Position numbers and translations under genes: made by a program
The notes under the pieces: model-generated
What the model saw: only the letters and a program-made list of their open reading frames with translations
The model's database searches: none
Told to the model about the DNA's origin: nothing
Assembly (NCBI GenBank): GCA_050252455.1
Contig: JBFWKW010000002.1
Coordinates: 129,421-193,420, forward strand
Origin: Campylobacterales bacterium
Lineage (GTDB): Bacteria > Campylobacterota > Campylobacteria > Campylobacterales > UBA6016
Direction of reading: 5' to 3'
Length of the DNA stretch: 64,000 bases
In this document: piece after piece, positions 49,731 to 60,541 of the stretch
How positions within the stretch are numbered: position 1 is the stretch's first letter
Layout of the letters: each line of letters starts with the position of its first letter

Positions 49731-50885
49731 TCAACGTAATTTTTTAAAATAAACTGTTTCGAGGCCTGCAGTCAAAGAGTTCCAACTAAATCTTGCTTTT
49801 GCACTATTGGCTGCAGTCAATTGCATACATTCGAATGAGCTCATATCCAAAACCACCCGCCTAGTTGCCTCAATAAGTTCATCTATATTTTTTGGATCTT
49901 CCAAAAGAATACCGCTAATTCCATGCTCTATTGTCTCCGGAATACTAAATTTATTAGAACTTATAACAACACATCCCGCAGCTATGCCTTCAACCGCAAC
50001 AATAGGATGTTGCTCTCCTCCAAAATATGTCGGAAATAATAGTACATCTATAGCTTTGTATACATTACATAAGCGATCGTGCGGCAATGGGTCCATATCA
50101 AAAAACCACTCTTTATTTTTTAACTCCGCAAGCAGCTTTTGTTCGTCGTCATAGTTTTCATCCCTTACTGTATCCCAAGGCGTAGGACCTACAGACAAAG
50201 CAAATATCTCAATTCCAATCTCCCTAAGATACTTTACGCACCTTAAAAAATTGTAAAATCCTTTGACCTGCTGCTTTCTACCTATATATCCAACAACGAT
50301 TGAATTCTGCGGAATTCCCAAAATACTTTTTAAACTATTTTTCTCAGCTAGACTTGGTTTGTAAAACAGCTCTTCGTCAAACCCATTATAAAGCACGCCC
50401 ACAATATCCCCTGGATACCGTCGCTCTTCCAGCATTCTTTTTTTTGTATATTCCGATGCCGCCAAATACAAATCTGGAACGCCATTTTTGACAGGCTCAA
50501 AATTTCTCATCGCGTTAACCTGCACGACAACTTTCGGCTTTCTTGCGCATGTCGCCAAAAAATCCTTCACTGGAAACTCGGTTTGGTGAGCATGAAATAT
50601 ATCTATGCCAAGCATATTTGAAAGCACGGCAGCCTTTCGATGGAGCGGATATGGGTCTAGCCTTGTCATTTTTTTGAATAATGCCCTATAGGCAACACTC
50701 TCGCCAATCCTATAAACATCGCCGAAGTCACTATGCTCATAATCACTCTTGTAGTGTTCGGAGTTGCTTATAATGTATGGCTTTGCAAACTTCATATGTT
50801 TTGCAAGATTTTGACCTATTATAGCCGGAGCAAAACCTCTAATATCCGGCACTGCTCCATGTGGTACATATTGAATTACTTTCAT
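49731..50885 (-). CDS. GT4 glycosyltransferase
   Basis: YIGRKQQVKG, FPTYFGGEQHPIVAVEGIAAG (E-x7-E), GILLE. Confidence 0.8.
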   Translation of the reverse strand: MKVIQYVPHGAVPDIRGFAPAIIGQNLAKHMKFAKPYIISNSEHYKSDYEHSDFGDVYRIGESVAYRALFKKMTRLDPYPLHRKAAVLSNMLGIDIFHAHQTEFPVKDFLATCARKPKVVVQVNAMRNFEPVKNGVPDLYLAASEYTKKRMLEERRYPGDIVGVLYNGFDEELFYKPSLAEKNSLKSILGIPQNSIVVGYIGRKQQVKGFYNFLRCVKYLREIGIEIFALSVGPTPWDTVRDENYDDEQKLLAELKNKEWFFDMDPLPHDRLCNVYKAIDVLLFPTYFGGEQHPIVAVEGIAAGCVVISSNKFSIPETIEHGISGILLEDPKNIDELIEATRRVVLDMSSFECMQLTAANSAKARFSWNSLTAGLETVYFKKLR

Positions 50886-51853
50886 TCAAAGCCCTTTTGG
50901 TGCCATTTCCATGCAGTTTCTATAATCATATCAATACCGCAAAATCCAGGCTTCCATTTTAATTTTTCTTTTGCCTTCTGGGCAGAACCGACAAGAAAAG
51001 CAGGATCGCCGTCTCTTCTTTCGCACTCAACGGCATTAATACTTTTTCCGGTCACACGCCTTGCGGTTTCAATTATTTCTTTTACGCTATATCCATGTCC
51101 ATTCCCGAGATTAAACACATCGGATTCACCTCCGGCAAGCAGATACTCTAGCGCCAAAATATGAGCCTGAGCCAAATCTGTAACATGAATATAATCCCTT
51201 ACGCATGTTCCGTCTCTTGTATCGTAATCGGTTCCAAATATACTAATGCTATCTCTTTTCCCTATTGCTGCGTCCAAAACCAACGGTATCAAATGGGTCT
51301 CCGGAGTATGTAACTCACCTATTTCGGCATCAATATCGGCTCCTGCGGCGTTAAAATACCTCAGCGCAACATATTTCAAACCATATGCTTTGCTATAGTC
51401 CGACAATATATGCTCAACCATCAGCTTACTGCGCCCGTATGGATTAATAGGCTCCTGACGATGCGTTTCCGTTATTGGAATCTCATATGGATCGCCATAA
51501 GTGGCACATGTAGATGAGAAAATAATTTTATCACACCCAAATTCAGACATCACGGATAAAAGGTTTATTGTATTTGATACATTGTTCAAATAGTATTTTT
51601 GAGGCTCAACCATTGATTCACCCACATAGGCATAAGCAGCAAAATGCACAACGGCATCTATCTTGAACTCCCTAAAAGTGCGCCTTAACGCTTCCGTATC
51701 ACATATGTCGGCAAGCACAAATTTACCCCATTTAACTGCCGCCGCATGACCATAAACGAGATTATCCAAGACAACGGTTTCATACCCTCTTCTTGCAAGC
51801 TCCTTGTTTGTGTGGCTTCCAATATAGCCGGCCCCGCCGACAATTAAAATCAA
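50882..51853 (-). CDS. galE: UDP-glucose 4-epimerase
   Basis: [46 protein letters not shown]. Confidence 0.92.
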   Translation of the reverse strand: MILIVGGAGYIGSHTNKELARRGYETVVLDNLVYGHAAAVKWGKFVLADICDTEALRRTFREFKIDAVVHFAAYAYVGESMVEPQKYYLNNVSNTINLLSVMSEFGCDKIIFSSTCATYGDPYEIPITETHRQEPINPYGRSKLMVEHILSDYSKAYGLKYVALRYFNAAGADIDAEIGELHTPETHLIPLVLDAAIGKRDSISIFGTDYDTRDGTCVRDYIHVTDLAQAHILALEYLLAGGESDVFNLGNGHGYSVKEIIETARRVTGKSINAVECERRDGDPAFLVGSAQKAKEKLKWKPGFCGIDMIIETAWKWHQKGFE

Positions 51854-52797
51854 GCCTTGCCTTTTAAAAGTAAATCAAAATATCCGATAGTCTTTTTGAG
51901 CCCTTCTTCAAGTTGCACTTTCGGCTCCCAGTCTAGTTTCTCTCTTGCCAAATCTATCACCGGCTTTCTCTGCATCGGGTCGTCTTGCGGTAGCGGCATA
52001 TATATGATTTTTGATTTGGAATTTGTAAGTTCTATTACTTTTTGCGCTAGCTCCAAGATAGTAAACTCCCCTGGATTTCCTATGTTGATAGGACCTGTAA
52101 TATCATTGCCTGAGTTCATCAGTCTTACCATGCCGTCTACAAGGTCGTCGCAATAGCAAAAGCTTCTAGTTTGATCGCCTTTGCCGTATACGGTAATATC
52201 CTCGCCCTTTAGAGCTTGGACTATAAAGTTAGATACCACTCTTCCATCGTTTGGATGCATTCTAGGGCCGTAAGTGTTGAATATTCTCATCACTTTAATT
52301 TGTACATTGTGTTGCCTGTGATAGTCGAAAAACAGAGTCTCTGCGCACCTCTTGCCCTCGTCATAGCAAGCCCTGATACCTATCGGATTTACGCTTCCTT
52401 TATAGGTTTCGGGCTGAGGGTGTATCTCTGGGTCACCATATACTTCACTTGTTGAGGCTTGAAGGACTTTTATTTTCAGTCGTTTAGCCAACCCGAGCAT
52501 ATTGATGGCGCCCATTACCGATGTCTTTGTTGTTTGCACGGGGTCAAACTGATAGTGAACCGGAGAGGCAGGACAAGCCAGGTTATATATCTCGTCCACC
52601 TCCACATAAAGGGGAAAGGTGACATCATGGCGCAAAAGCTCAAAGTTTTTATTATCCATAAGATGCGATATGTTCTGGCGGCTTCCAGTAAAGAAGTTGT
52701 CTACACAGAGAACTTCATTGCCTTCACCTATTAATCTTTCGCATAAATGCGAGCCCAAAAATCCGGCTCCACCTGTAACCAAAATACGCCTACTCAA
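51850..52797 (-). CDS. uxs: UDP-glucuronic acid decarboxylase (UDP-xylose synthase)
   Basis: [56 protein letters not shown]. Confidence 0.9.
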   Translation of the reverse strand: MSRRILVTGGAGFLGSHLCERLIGEGNEVLCVDNFFTGSRQNISHLMDNKNFELLRHDVTFPLYVEVDEIYNLACPASPVHYQFDPVQTTKTSVMGAINMLGLAKRLKIKVLQASTSEVYGDPEIHPQPETYKGSVNPIGIRACYDEGKRCAETLFFDYHRQHNVQIKVMRIFNTYGPRMHPNDGRVVSNFIVQALKGEDITVYGKGDQTRSFCYCDDLVDGMVRLMNSGNDITGPINIGNPGEFTILELAQKVIELTNSKSKIIYMPLPQDDPMQRKPVIDLAREKLDWEPKVQLEEGLKKTIGYFDLLLKGKA

Positions 52798-53812
52798 TTT
52801 CTTTTCCTTTATTTATACTGCCCATGCAAACATCCGTTGCCTCTTTCAAATCAGACTGAAGCCCTATAGTGACAAATGTACCAACGGTGCTCTTTATACA
52901 AACGGGATACTTACAGATTAAAGCACAGCAAAATATCCCGTAAAGAGACGCATCCCTGATTATGATTATATCCCAGTCAAAATCAACAATCGTCTCAGGT
53001 GCCGTAGGGCCGAATATTCCAATAGTTTTTATGCCGATAGTATTTGCTATGTGAAGTGGTCCGGCATCCACACCGACAAACAAATCGCTTGATTTTAAAA
53101 GCTTCAAAAACTCGTCGGATGAACTTTTTGAGAAATAAAATTTCTGCAGTCCGTCCATCCCTCCTAGCTCATCCCTAAACCCGCAAATTGTGATTTTAGC
53201 GTCCTTGTATAGCTCTTTTAACTTTTCAATAAGCTGTTTTGTCATCTCTTTATCAAGGCTTTTTGTTATATCTGTAGAAAAAGGCACCAGAACTATATTC
53301 TTGACATCTTTTTGCGAATGAGAAATAGTTTTTGGAAGTGTTTTTGACTCAAGAATTAAGTATTCTCGTACCCTAGCATAAAGATTGTAAGATTTGCCCC
53401 ACTGTCGAAACCTTTTAAAAATAGAGTATTTTTTTGCAAAAGATACAAAAAACTCCGCATCATCTCCGTGACTCCACGGATTAAATCCCAAATCTGCGTC
53501 AAAATTTTTTAGTTTGAGAAGCGACGGAACAAGCGAAAAAGGATTTCGCTTGTTTACGCCCACAAATTCCACATTTTCACCTAAAATCTCTCTTGCATAA
53601 GGCACAAGCTGACTGGTTGTAAAAAGCAGATACTGTTTATCAGGGTATAATCCAATAAACTCACGAATAACCTTAAAAGATATTATCCCATCCCCGTATC
53701 TTGAAAATACGGCAAAAAATATTTTTTGCGCCTCTTGCATATCGCCAGAACTGATTACTTGCTCTTTGCGGGAGTGTTTGGCAATAAAATATTTAAAAAG
53801 CTTTTTTAGCAT
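52790..53812 (-). CDS. Divergent GT9 glycosyltransferase
   Basis: [28 protein letters not shown]. Confidence 0.75.
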   Translation of the reverse strand: MLKKLFKYFIAKHSRKEQVISSGDMQEAQKIFFAVFSRYGDGIISFKVIREFIGLYPDKQYLLFTTSQLVPYAREILGENVEFVGVNKRNPFSLVPSLLKLKNFDADLGFNPWSHGDDAEFFVSFAKKYSIFKRFRQWGKSYNLYARVREYLILESKTLPKTISHSQKDVKNIVLVPFSTDITKSLDKEMTKQLIEKLKELYKDAKITICGFRDELGGMDGLQKFYFSKSSSDEFLKLLKSSDLFVGVDAGPLHIANTIGIKTIGIFGPTAPETIVDFDWDIIIIRDASLYGIFCCALICKYPVCIKSTVGTFVTIGLQSDLKEATDVCMGSINKGKEIE

Positions 53813-54899
53813 TTACACTCTTCATAAATTCAAGTAGCCTTATGGCTCTTTTATCCGGTTCTAGTTCCGATATTTTGGCATACGAAGCGGCGGCAAGCTC
53901 TCTTGCGGCTTCTCGATTGCCCAAAAGATATGATATTTTTTCGCCCAAATCCCTCTCATCTCCGGCTTTAAACTCCAGCGCTACGCCGTTTGTTATTTCT
54001 TTTATTGACGGCATATCGGAGGCTATCACGGCATTAAAAGACGCCATATACTCAAAAAGCTTGAGTGGCGAGGTAAATTTGTCAAATACACTTACATTAT
54101 TCGGTAAAACGCATATTTTTGTCTTGGTTTTTAGTAGCTCTGCTACTTTTGCGTGCGGCATTCTACCCAAAAACTCTACCGTATCTTCCACGCCAAGTTC
54201 GCTTGCAAGCTTTTTTAGGGCCTCTTCATCTCCGCCGGAGCCGACAAGCTTGATTTTTGCATTTTTCGGTAGATATTTTGCCGATTTTATGAGCGTATCT
54301 ACTCCTTTCCACTTCTGAAAACTACCGATATAGTACACCTCGTTTAGTTCGTCAAAGCTTTTTTTATCGGCATCTGCTACCTGTTCACTAAAACAAAGAG
54401 GAAGTACGATAGTTGATGGGAGTTTAAAACGAGTCTCAAACTCCCCTTTTAGCGTCTCGGAGATAAAAACCACACCCTTACTGTTCTCGTACACAAACCT
54501 CTCGGATGCGGCAACTACCTCTTTTTTCTCCTTTGGGGCAGAATCGGCAAATATCTCGTGCGCCTCAAAAATAACATCAAATCCAGACTTTATGAGGGCT
54601 TCCGCAGTCTTTAAATGGCGCGCATAAATAGAATCGTATCCGGCACCACGCAAGTATCTAATTAGAAAAAAATTAAATATTTTATTGCTTTTAAAAAGTA
54701 GTTTTTTTGGAATTTGAGTAAGTGAGAACTTTTTTTGAACGTCATAGTAGTCGCATATATCGTCAATATTTGAGCCACTTCTTCCACAAACGATGGTTAT
54801 ATTCGATATTTGGCCAAGGGTTGAAGCCGTCTTGACGACCGTAACGGTTCTTGCCTTATCTGATGGTAAAGTCTCTGGATAAACTATGGCTATTTTCAA
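53793..54899 (-). CDS. GT4 glycosyltransferase
   Basis: FEAHE, YIGSFQKWKG, TSPLKLFEYMA. TTG start. Confidence 0.85.
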   Translation of the reverse strand: MKIAIVYPETLPSDKARTVTVVKTASTLGQISNITIVCGRSGSNIDDICDYYDVQKKFSLTQIPKKLLFKSNKIFNFFLIRYLRGAGYDSIYARHLKTAEALIKSGFDVIFEAHEIFADSAPKEKKEVVAASERFVYENSKGVVFISETLKGEFETRFKLPSTIVLPLCFSEQVADADKKSFDELNEVYYIGSFQKWKGVDTLIKSAKYLPKNAKIKLVGSGGDEEALKKLASELGVEDTVEFLGRMPHAKVAELLKTKTKICVLPNNVSVFDKFTSPLKLFEYMASFNAVIASDMPSIKEITNGVALEFKAGDERDLGEKISYLLGNREAARELAAASYAKISELEPDKRAIRLLEFMKSVNAKKAF

Positions 54900-54920
54900 T
54901 ACTATTCCAAAAATCTAATT

Positions 54921-54929
54921 TGGTATACT
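54921..54929 (+). promoter_or_regulatory. Extended -10 (TGgTATACT) for the fucosyltransferase
   Basis: TGGTATACT lies 29 nt upstream of ATG 54959. Confidence 0.5.
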
Positions 54930-54958
54930 AAATAAACATCTAAATTCAAAGAATAAAA

Positions 54959-55858
54959 ATGCAAAAAATAATAGTAGCAAAAATATTTGGAGGACTCGGA
55001 AACCAAATGTTTCAATATGCATTTGGGGTCAGTTTGGCAAAAATGCACAACGCAGACTTATTGGTAGATATACGCAGCTGTTCAAGCTCACCAAGAGGTT
55101 TCATGCTGTCAAATTTCAATATAACAGAAAAAATAGCCAACGAGGACGAAATAAAAAAATTTGAAGGTGTTGTAAAACTAGGACGAAATACATTTGCTAA
55201 TTTTTTATCATCGCCATTCAAATATATGAAATATCTAACACAACGTAACTGTAGAATACCAGAAAGATCCCATTCATACAATGAATATAACTTGCATTTT
55301 AACGGAAATGCTTATATATATGGAGCATGGCAGTCTCCCAAATATTTTTGCAATATAAGAAATGAACTGCACAAAATCTATACTCTAAAAAGTAAAATTG
55401 ATGATAAAAACTTAAATATATTGGAAAAAATTGCTAAAACAAATTCTGTATCAATACACATAAGAAGAGGGGATTATGTAAGCGAAAAATATAAAAATGA
55501 CTTTGTGCAACTAGATATAAATTACTATGAGAAAGCTATTGGCTATATAAAGAATAAATATCCGGACGCGGTATTTTTTATTTTTTCAAATGATATTAAT
55601 TGGTGCAAAAATAATTTTGGTCATTCTAATACTTTTAAATATGTAGATCAAAATAGTGAGCTAGCCGGACATATTGATATGTATCTTATGTCGCAATGCA
55701 AACATAATATAATTGCCAATAGTACATTCAGCTGGTGGGGTGCATGGTTAAATCAAAATGAAAGTAAAATTGTTATTTGCCCATCAAAGTGGTTCGGTCC
55801 AAATCTAAAAAATCATAGCATAAGAGATCTTTACGAGGAAAGCTGGATTAAGCTATAG
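54959..55858 (+). CDS. GT11 alpha-1,2-fucosyltransferase
   Basis: GGLGNQMFQYA, HIRRGDY, FSND, IANSTFSWWGAWL. AT-rich and opposite to both neighbours. Confidence 0.88.
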   Translation: MQKIIVAKIFGGLGNQMFQYAFGVSLAKMHNADLLVDIRSCSSSPRGFMLSNFNITEKIANEDEIKKFEGVVKLGRNTFANFLSSPFKYMKYLTQRNCRIPERSHSYNEYNLHFNGNAYIYGAWQSPKYFCNIRNELHKIYTLKSKIDDKNLNILEKIAKTNSVSIHIRRGDYVSEKYKNDFVQLDINYYEKAIGYIKNKYPDAVFFIFSNDINWCKNNFGHSNTFKYVDQNSELAGHIDMYLMSQCKHNIIANSTFSWWGAWLNQNESKIVICPSKWFGPNLKNHSIRDLYEESWIKL

Positions 55859-56938
55859 CCTGGTCCGCAAATAAATAAACACGTCAACCGGCACAATTAG
55901 CTTCATCGCATCAGCGCTTCTATGTTTTTTTGTTCCGCCACTCCTGATGTACGAACCGTCTTTTTGAACAACAATATGCCTATCCAAATCCTGATATGCG
56001 CCCGTTTCTTTGCTTTCCGAGCCGCTAAACAACTCCACCGTCGACACCCCAAGCGCAATAGCAACATGCATAGTTCCTGTGTCGTTAGTTACCAACACAT
56101 CCATCTCGCTTATGAGTTTTGGCAAACTTTCAATGGCAAATTTACCGCAAAAGTTTGTTATTCGCTCACTATTTACCTCTTTTATTGCCTCGCCCAGTCT
56201 GTGCTCTTTTTTGCTTCCGCTTACGGCTACCACGGCATTTGGATACTCCGCCAAAATCATCTTTGCAAGCTCTTTGAAGTTTTCTATAGGCCACATCTTG
56301 TAGATATTTGCCGCCCCGGGCTGAAATCCGACGACAAGGGCACCTTCCGGCAATATCTCTCGTTTTTTGTGCTCATAATATCTCTGCGGTAGCAACATTC
56401 TAGTCGTCAGCTTATCGCCGCCGACGGCACGCACAAGGTCTAGCCTGTCTTCTATTGTATGTTGCTCTTTTTTGGCAAACTCATAGCTAAGACGGTGTTT
56501 GTAGCTACTTTTCGTCGGTGTTTTGAGTATTGTTTTTGCGCCACTCATTATTGCCATCGGTATATCTTGCGGGCCATTTGAGTGAAGCAAAAGGGCAATG
56601 TCCGCTTTTGTGTGCCTGAGCTGCATGACCGTGCCAAAAAACTTTTTGTATCCGCCGTGATAGACGATTAAATTGTCTACAAATTCACTACCTTCAAGTA
56701 GCGGATAGATGTTTTTGTGTACAAATAGCGTGATTCTAGCCTCTGGAAACGAGTCTCTCAGACTTTTGATTGCAGGGGTTGAGAGTAGCGTGTCGCCGAG
56801 GGCGGTGTTTGAAAAGACAAGTATTGAGGTTTTTGGCGTATCTCTTAGCTCCTCAAGGCTTTTTTTGAGCGGCGCACCGTTAAATCTTATATACACCCAA
56901 AGGGCAAAATCCATCAGAGATTTATAAACAAACTTCAA
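55853..56938 (-). CDS. GT9 glycosyltransferase
   Basis: NTALGDTLLSTP, FQPGA...KMWP, TNDTGTMHVA. Confidence 0.85.
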   Translation of the reverse strand: MKFVYKSLMDFALWVYIRFNGAPLKKSLEELRDTPKTSILVFSNTALGDTLLSTPAIKSLRDSFPEARITLFVHKNIYPLLEGSEFVDNLIVYHGGYKKFFGTVMQLRHTKADIALLLHSNGPQDIPMAIMSGAKTILKTPTKSSYKHRLSYEFAKKEQHTIEDRLDLVRAVGGDKLTTRMLLPQRYYEHKKREILPEGALVVGFQPGAANIYKMWPIENFKELAKMILAEYPNAVVAVSGSKKEHRLGEAIKEVNSERITNFCGKFAIESLPKLISEMDVLVTNDTGTMHVAIALGVSTVELFSGSESKETGAYQDLDRHIVVQKDGSYIRSGGTKKHRSADAMKLIVPVDVFIYLRTRL

Positions 56939-57939
56939 ATCATCTCCCTAACTGCGGCATAAATGCTCTCCGGCGAGATATCGTCCGCAACTTTTGACTC
57001 GGCCGTCAAAACAACGCTTTTTGGATGATACGGCTTCCATGTGTCGACATTCGTTTTGCCAAATATTGCAACGACGGATGGTGCAAAAACGGCTCCGTAG
57101 TGCATCGCACCACCATCCAATGTCACGAGACATTTTGAGTACCTACAAAGAGCTCCAAACTCTGCAAGAGAGCTTGTCTCAAAGTATTTGATATGTTTTG
57201 CCGCAAAAAGTTCCTTTGCCGCTTTTTCTTCGTTGCTTTTGGGAGCGGCCGTCACAACCACTTTGAGGCCGGAGTAGACCGAAATAAGCGAAGCTAATCT
57301 CAAAAACTTATCAATTTTCCATCTATTCACAGGCAGTCTTGATGAAATGTGAAATACCACGTATTTGCCACTCTCAAAATCGGACTCTTTTAGTCTGCAA
57401 AGCACGCTCTCATCGAGCGTTGGCGAGATATTCACATAAGGACGGTAGTTTTTGTCCTCTACGCCAAATGATTTCAGGCAATCAAACGCATTTTGCACTT
57501 CGTGTTTACCCGCCGGACTCTCATCGATAAAGGCGTCAAACGGGGTCATATCCTTTGTTTTTTGCGGCAAGCGAATTACTTTTGTCTTTGCCCCACTCCA
57601 TCTTACGAGAGCTGCGTTTGAGCGGCTAAACGAACTTCTGAGTCCCACCGCATAATCAAACTTCTCACCCCTTATCGCAAGCATCGTCTTGAGATGTCCC
57701 GCCCACGCCGATAGTTTCGCAGGTAGTCCGTTGTGATGTTTTGCTTTTTCATATACAAAGAGCCTGTCTATGTGGGGATTGCCGACAAACGCCTCTTTGG
57801 AGTATCCCGCACAAAGCACTCCGATAAAACATGTTGGAAACTGCTCTTTTATCGCCTCAAGTACGGGCGTTGAAAGCACGGCGTCGCCTATGTTGTCGTT
57901 TCTCACGAGTAAGATTTTTTTACCGTTTAAATCTAGCAT
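56935..57939 (-). CDS. GT9 glycosyltransferase
   Basis: RNDNIGDAVLSTP, NRW, LDGGAMH, IFGKT...WKP. Start moved to ATG 57939. Confidence 0.85.
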   Translation of the reverse strand: MLDLNGKKILLVRNDNIGDAVLSTPVLEAIKEQFPTCFIGVLCAGYSKEAFVGNPHIDRLFVYEKAKHHNGLPAKLSAWAGHLKTMLAIRGEKFDYAVGLRSSFSRSNAALVRWSGAKTKVIRLPQKTKDMTPFDAFIDESPAGKHEVQNAFDCLKSFGVEDKNYRPYVNISPTLDESVLCRLKESDFESGKYVVFHISSRLPVNRWKIDKFLRLASLISVYSGLKVVVTAAPKSNEEKAAKELFAAKHIKYFETSSLAEFGALCRYSKCLVTLDGGAMHYGAVFAPSVVAIFGKTNVDTWKPYHPKSVVLTAESKVADDISPESIYAAVREMI

Positions 57940-58702
57940 ACAGCCCCCCAAGTATCGGTGAAGAGTAAAGCCTCAAAGCCCCTTTTAGCCACTTTGCATC
58001 TTTGTCTTTTGTCGATATTCGTTTGATTTCGCTCATGTTGCCGTCGGCTAAATTGACCCCTCTTTTGGTCGTATATAGAGCCTCAAAACCGAGACTTTGC
58101 GCCAAATCTATAAGGTGCGGGGTGTAGTTGCCCCTCGGCCAGCAGAGGTGTTTTGTGTTTCCGCCGTGCGCCTTGATGTGCGTTTTTGAGAGCGCCAAAT
58201 CATCCCGCCACTCATCCATTCCAAGCTCTTCATTGTCGTGAGCGTTTGAGTGGGATGCGAACTCAAAAACATCCGACATGGCACGCAGATCATCCCAATT
58301 CACGACGGCCGATGCAGGCTCTTCGTAGGCTAGCTTTTTGCCTTCTCTGTGGTTTGGGATATATATCTCATCACTTGCCCTTTTGTCTTCGCCAGCCCTT
58401 TCCACCCAGTCGGTAACGACAAAAATCGTAGCTTTTAGAGAGTATTTTTTGAGTATCCGGTACGCCACTAGATAGTTATCTATCCAGCCGTCGTCAAAGG
58501 TGATAAGCACGCTCTTTTTAGGTAGTTCCAGCTCACCCTTTTTGAATGCCAAAAATTCATCCAAGCTGAGCGTTTTATAGTCATTCTCTGCTAGATATTT
58601 CGCATGGCTTTCAAAGTTTTCGGGCGTTATCGTCACGAGCGCACCCTTGTGGCTGCTCACATGATGATACATCAGTACTGGGACGCTGAGCGCTTTTTTC
58701 AT
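57920..58702 (-). CDS. Polysaccharide deacetylase (NodB/CE4)
   Basis: PVLMYHHV, ITFDDG, SHSNAH, WPRG. Confidence 0.87.
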   Translation of the reverse strand: MKKALSVPVLMYHHVSSHKGALVTITPENFESHAKYLAENDYKTLSLDEFLAFKKGELELPKKSVLITFDDGWIDNYLVAYRILKKYSLKATIFVVTDWVERAGEDKRASDEIYIPNHREGKKLAYEEPASAVVNWDDLRAMSDVFEFASHSNAHDNEELGMDEWRDDLALSKTHIKAHGGNTKHLCWPRGNYTPHLIDLAQSLGFEALYTTKRGVNLADGNMSEIKRISTKDKDAKWLKGALRLYSSPILGGLYARFKR

Positions 58703-59769
58703 TTTGCTAGTATTTCCTCATACTGTTTTAGCGTATCGGCCACCATTTTTTCGACCGAAAATTTCTCTACGACAAACTCCCTGGCTCTCTTGCTAGCTCT
58801 CGCGTGAAACTCATTGTCAACGATAAATCTCTCTATTTTATCCGCCAAATCATCCACGTTTTCACACTCAAACAGCAGTCCGCTACCGTTTTCTTCTAAC
58901 GCCTCAGGAATACCGCCCACCCTTGAGCCGACCACGGGCACGCCGCACGACTGCGCCTCTAGTAGCGCCGTACCGAGAGCCTCCATATTTGACGGAAGTA
59001 CGAAAAGGTCTAATGCGCTTAGGATATTAACCGTATCTTTTCTAAACCCCGTCATTATGACCCTGTCCGTCATCTGGACTTCTTTGATTTTATTTTGCAG
59101 ATTTTCCCACTGCGGGCCCTCGCCTGCAATGACGAGCCTCACATCATATTTTTCGGATAGTTTTTTGACTGCGTCTATCAGGTCTTTATGCCTTTTTGCA
59201 CCCCGTAGTATCGCTACTATGCCAATAAGAAAGGTATCTTTGCCGATGCCAAACTCTTCTCTTAGTGTGCTCTCGCCCTTTTGGAAGTGCTCGGTGTCGA
59301 CACCCGTGTATATAAGCCTGATTTTTTCACGCCTCACACCACGGGAGGCTATATACTCTCGCACGCCCACGCTTATCGCGGTCACCTCGTCCGTCAAATA
59401 TTTATAGCCTAGCCCACTTGCAAAAGGGGTCTGAAGATGACGGACTCTTACGCATTTTACACCCGCCAGCTTTGCCGCCATACCGCCTAGCCAACCGTCT
59501 CTACCGGAATGCGTGGAGACTATGTCGATGCCTAGCTCTTTTATGTATTTGGCAAGGGTAAGTACGGCCGGAATATCGTAGCTCGCACGAGTACGCACGG
59601 GCAAGCACTCTATGCCAAGCTCGCCTTGCATGGCCATTAGCTTACTGTCGGGATTTACGGCAAAGTATGTCTTTACCCTGCCCTTTGGCATATGATTTGC
59701 CAGCCTGACGGTTCTTTTTTCCTGCCCGCCCAGCCCCTTTGACGCTTCTACTTCCAGCACTTTTATCAA
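58699..59769 (-). CDS. GT4 glycosyltransferase
   Basis: GLGGQE, HSGRD, AKRH, EALGTALLEA, GGIPE. Start moved to TTG 59769, after AAAAGGG. Confidence 0.87.
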   Translation of the reverse strand: MIKVLEVEASKGLGGQEKRTVRLANHMPKGRVKTYFAVNPDSKLMAMQGELGIECLPVRTRASYDIPAVLTLAKYIKELGIDIVSTHSGRDGWLGGMAAKLAGVKCVRVRHLQTPFASGLGYKYLTDEVTAISVGVREYIASRGVRREKIRLIYTGVDTEHFQKGESTLREEFGIGKDTFLIGIVAILRGAKRHKDLIDAVKKLSEKYDVRLVIAGEGPQWENLQNKIKEVQMTDRVIMTGFRKDTVNILSALDLFVLPSNMEALGTALLEAQSCGVPVVGSRVGGIPEALEENGSGLLFECENVDDLADKIERFIVDNEFHARASKRAREFVVEKFSVEKMVADTLKQYEEILAK

Positions 59770-59788
59770 ACTTAAATACCCTTTTAAA

Positions 59789-59797
59789 TACACTTTA
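59789..59797. promoter_or_regulatory. Overlapping divergent -10 elements (TACACT on +, TAAAGT on -) in a 31-bp intergenic gap
   Basis: TACACT at 59789-59794 ends 7 nt before ATG 59801. TAAAGT at 59797-59792 precedes the SD and TTG 59769. Confidence 0.4.
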
Positions 59798-59800
59798 CGG

Positions 59801-60541
59801 ATGATTACTGCAACGATTTTAGCCAAAAACGCCCAAAAACATATAGAAGAAGTCCTCTCATCTTTGCAATTTGTAGATGAGATAGTGCTACTAGACAACG
59901 GCTCTAGTGACGCTACGACACAGATAGCCGCACGCTTTGCCAATGTCAAAATATTCAAAGAAGATGTTTTTGAGGGATTTGGCAAAGCGCACCAAAAAAT
60001 GGAAGCGTTAGCAAGCAACGACTGGATACTCTCCATCGACTCCGACGAGGTAGTAAGTCCTGCCCTTGCCGCAGAGATAATGTCCGAGCCTATGGATGAA
60101 AACACCGTATACAAAATCCGTTTTGACAACTATTACATGGGGCAGCACATCAAAGGGTGCGGCTGGTCGCCTGATTATAAGTACAGGCTTTACAACCGCA
60201 AGGCGACGGGGTTTGACGATAGAGAAGTGCACGAAAATATCGGCCTTAAGGGCTTAAAAATAAAAGAGTTAAAAAATAGTGCAAAGCATTACTCTTTTGA
60301 GTCTGCAGCAGATTTTTTGCGAAAAATACAAAACTACAGCGATTTGTATGCCAAAGAGTATAAAGGCAAAAAAAGCTCCTCCCCCTCAAAGGCGCTCTTT
60401 CGCTCCGCTTTTGCATTTTTGAAAAGTTACATTTTGCAAAAAGGGTTTTTGGACGGCTACGGCGGCTTTGTCGTCAGCTGTTACAATGCGCAGTGGGTAT
60501 TTTGGAAATATATCAAACTATATGAGGCGAACAAACAATAA
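59801..60541 (+). CDS. GT2 LPS core glycosyltransferase (LgtF/WaaE/KdtX-like)
   Basis: LDNGSSD, FEGFG, WILSIDSDE, VHE, HYSF, GFLDG..G. Confidence 0.87.
   Translation: MITATILAKNAQKHIEEVLSSLQFVDEIVLLDNGSSDATTQIAARFANVKIFKEDVFEGFGKAHQKMEALASNDWILSIDSDEVVSPALAAEIMSEPMDENTVYKIRFDNYYMGQHIKGCGWSPDYKYRLYNRKATGFDDREVHENIGLKGLKIKELKNSAKHYSFESAADFLRKIQNYSDLYAKEYKGKKSSSPSKALFRSAFAFLKSYILQKGFLDGYGGFVVSCYNAQWVFWKYIKLYEANKQ

Noticed and set aside
51850-52797. ArnA-type lipid A aminoarabinose pathway
   Set aside because: No formyltransferase domain and no arnB/C/D/T genes nearby. The sequence fits stand-alone Uxs.
59770-60129. 120-codon N-terminal extension of the GT4 ORF, antisense to the GT2 gene
   Set aside because: It is the antisense shadow of GT2. 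GT4 similarity, an SD and a -10 box all support TTG 59769.
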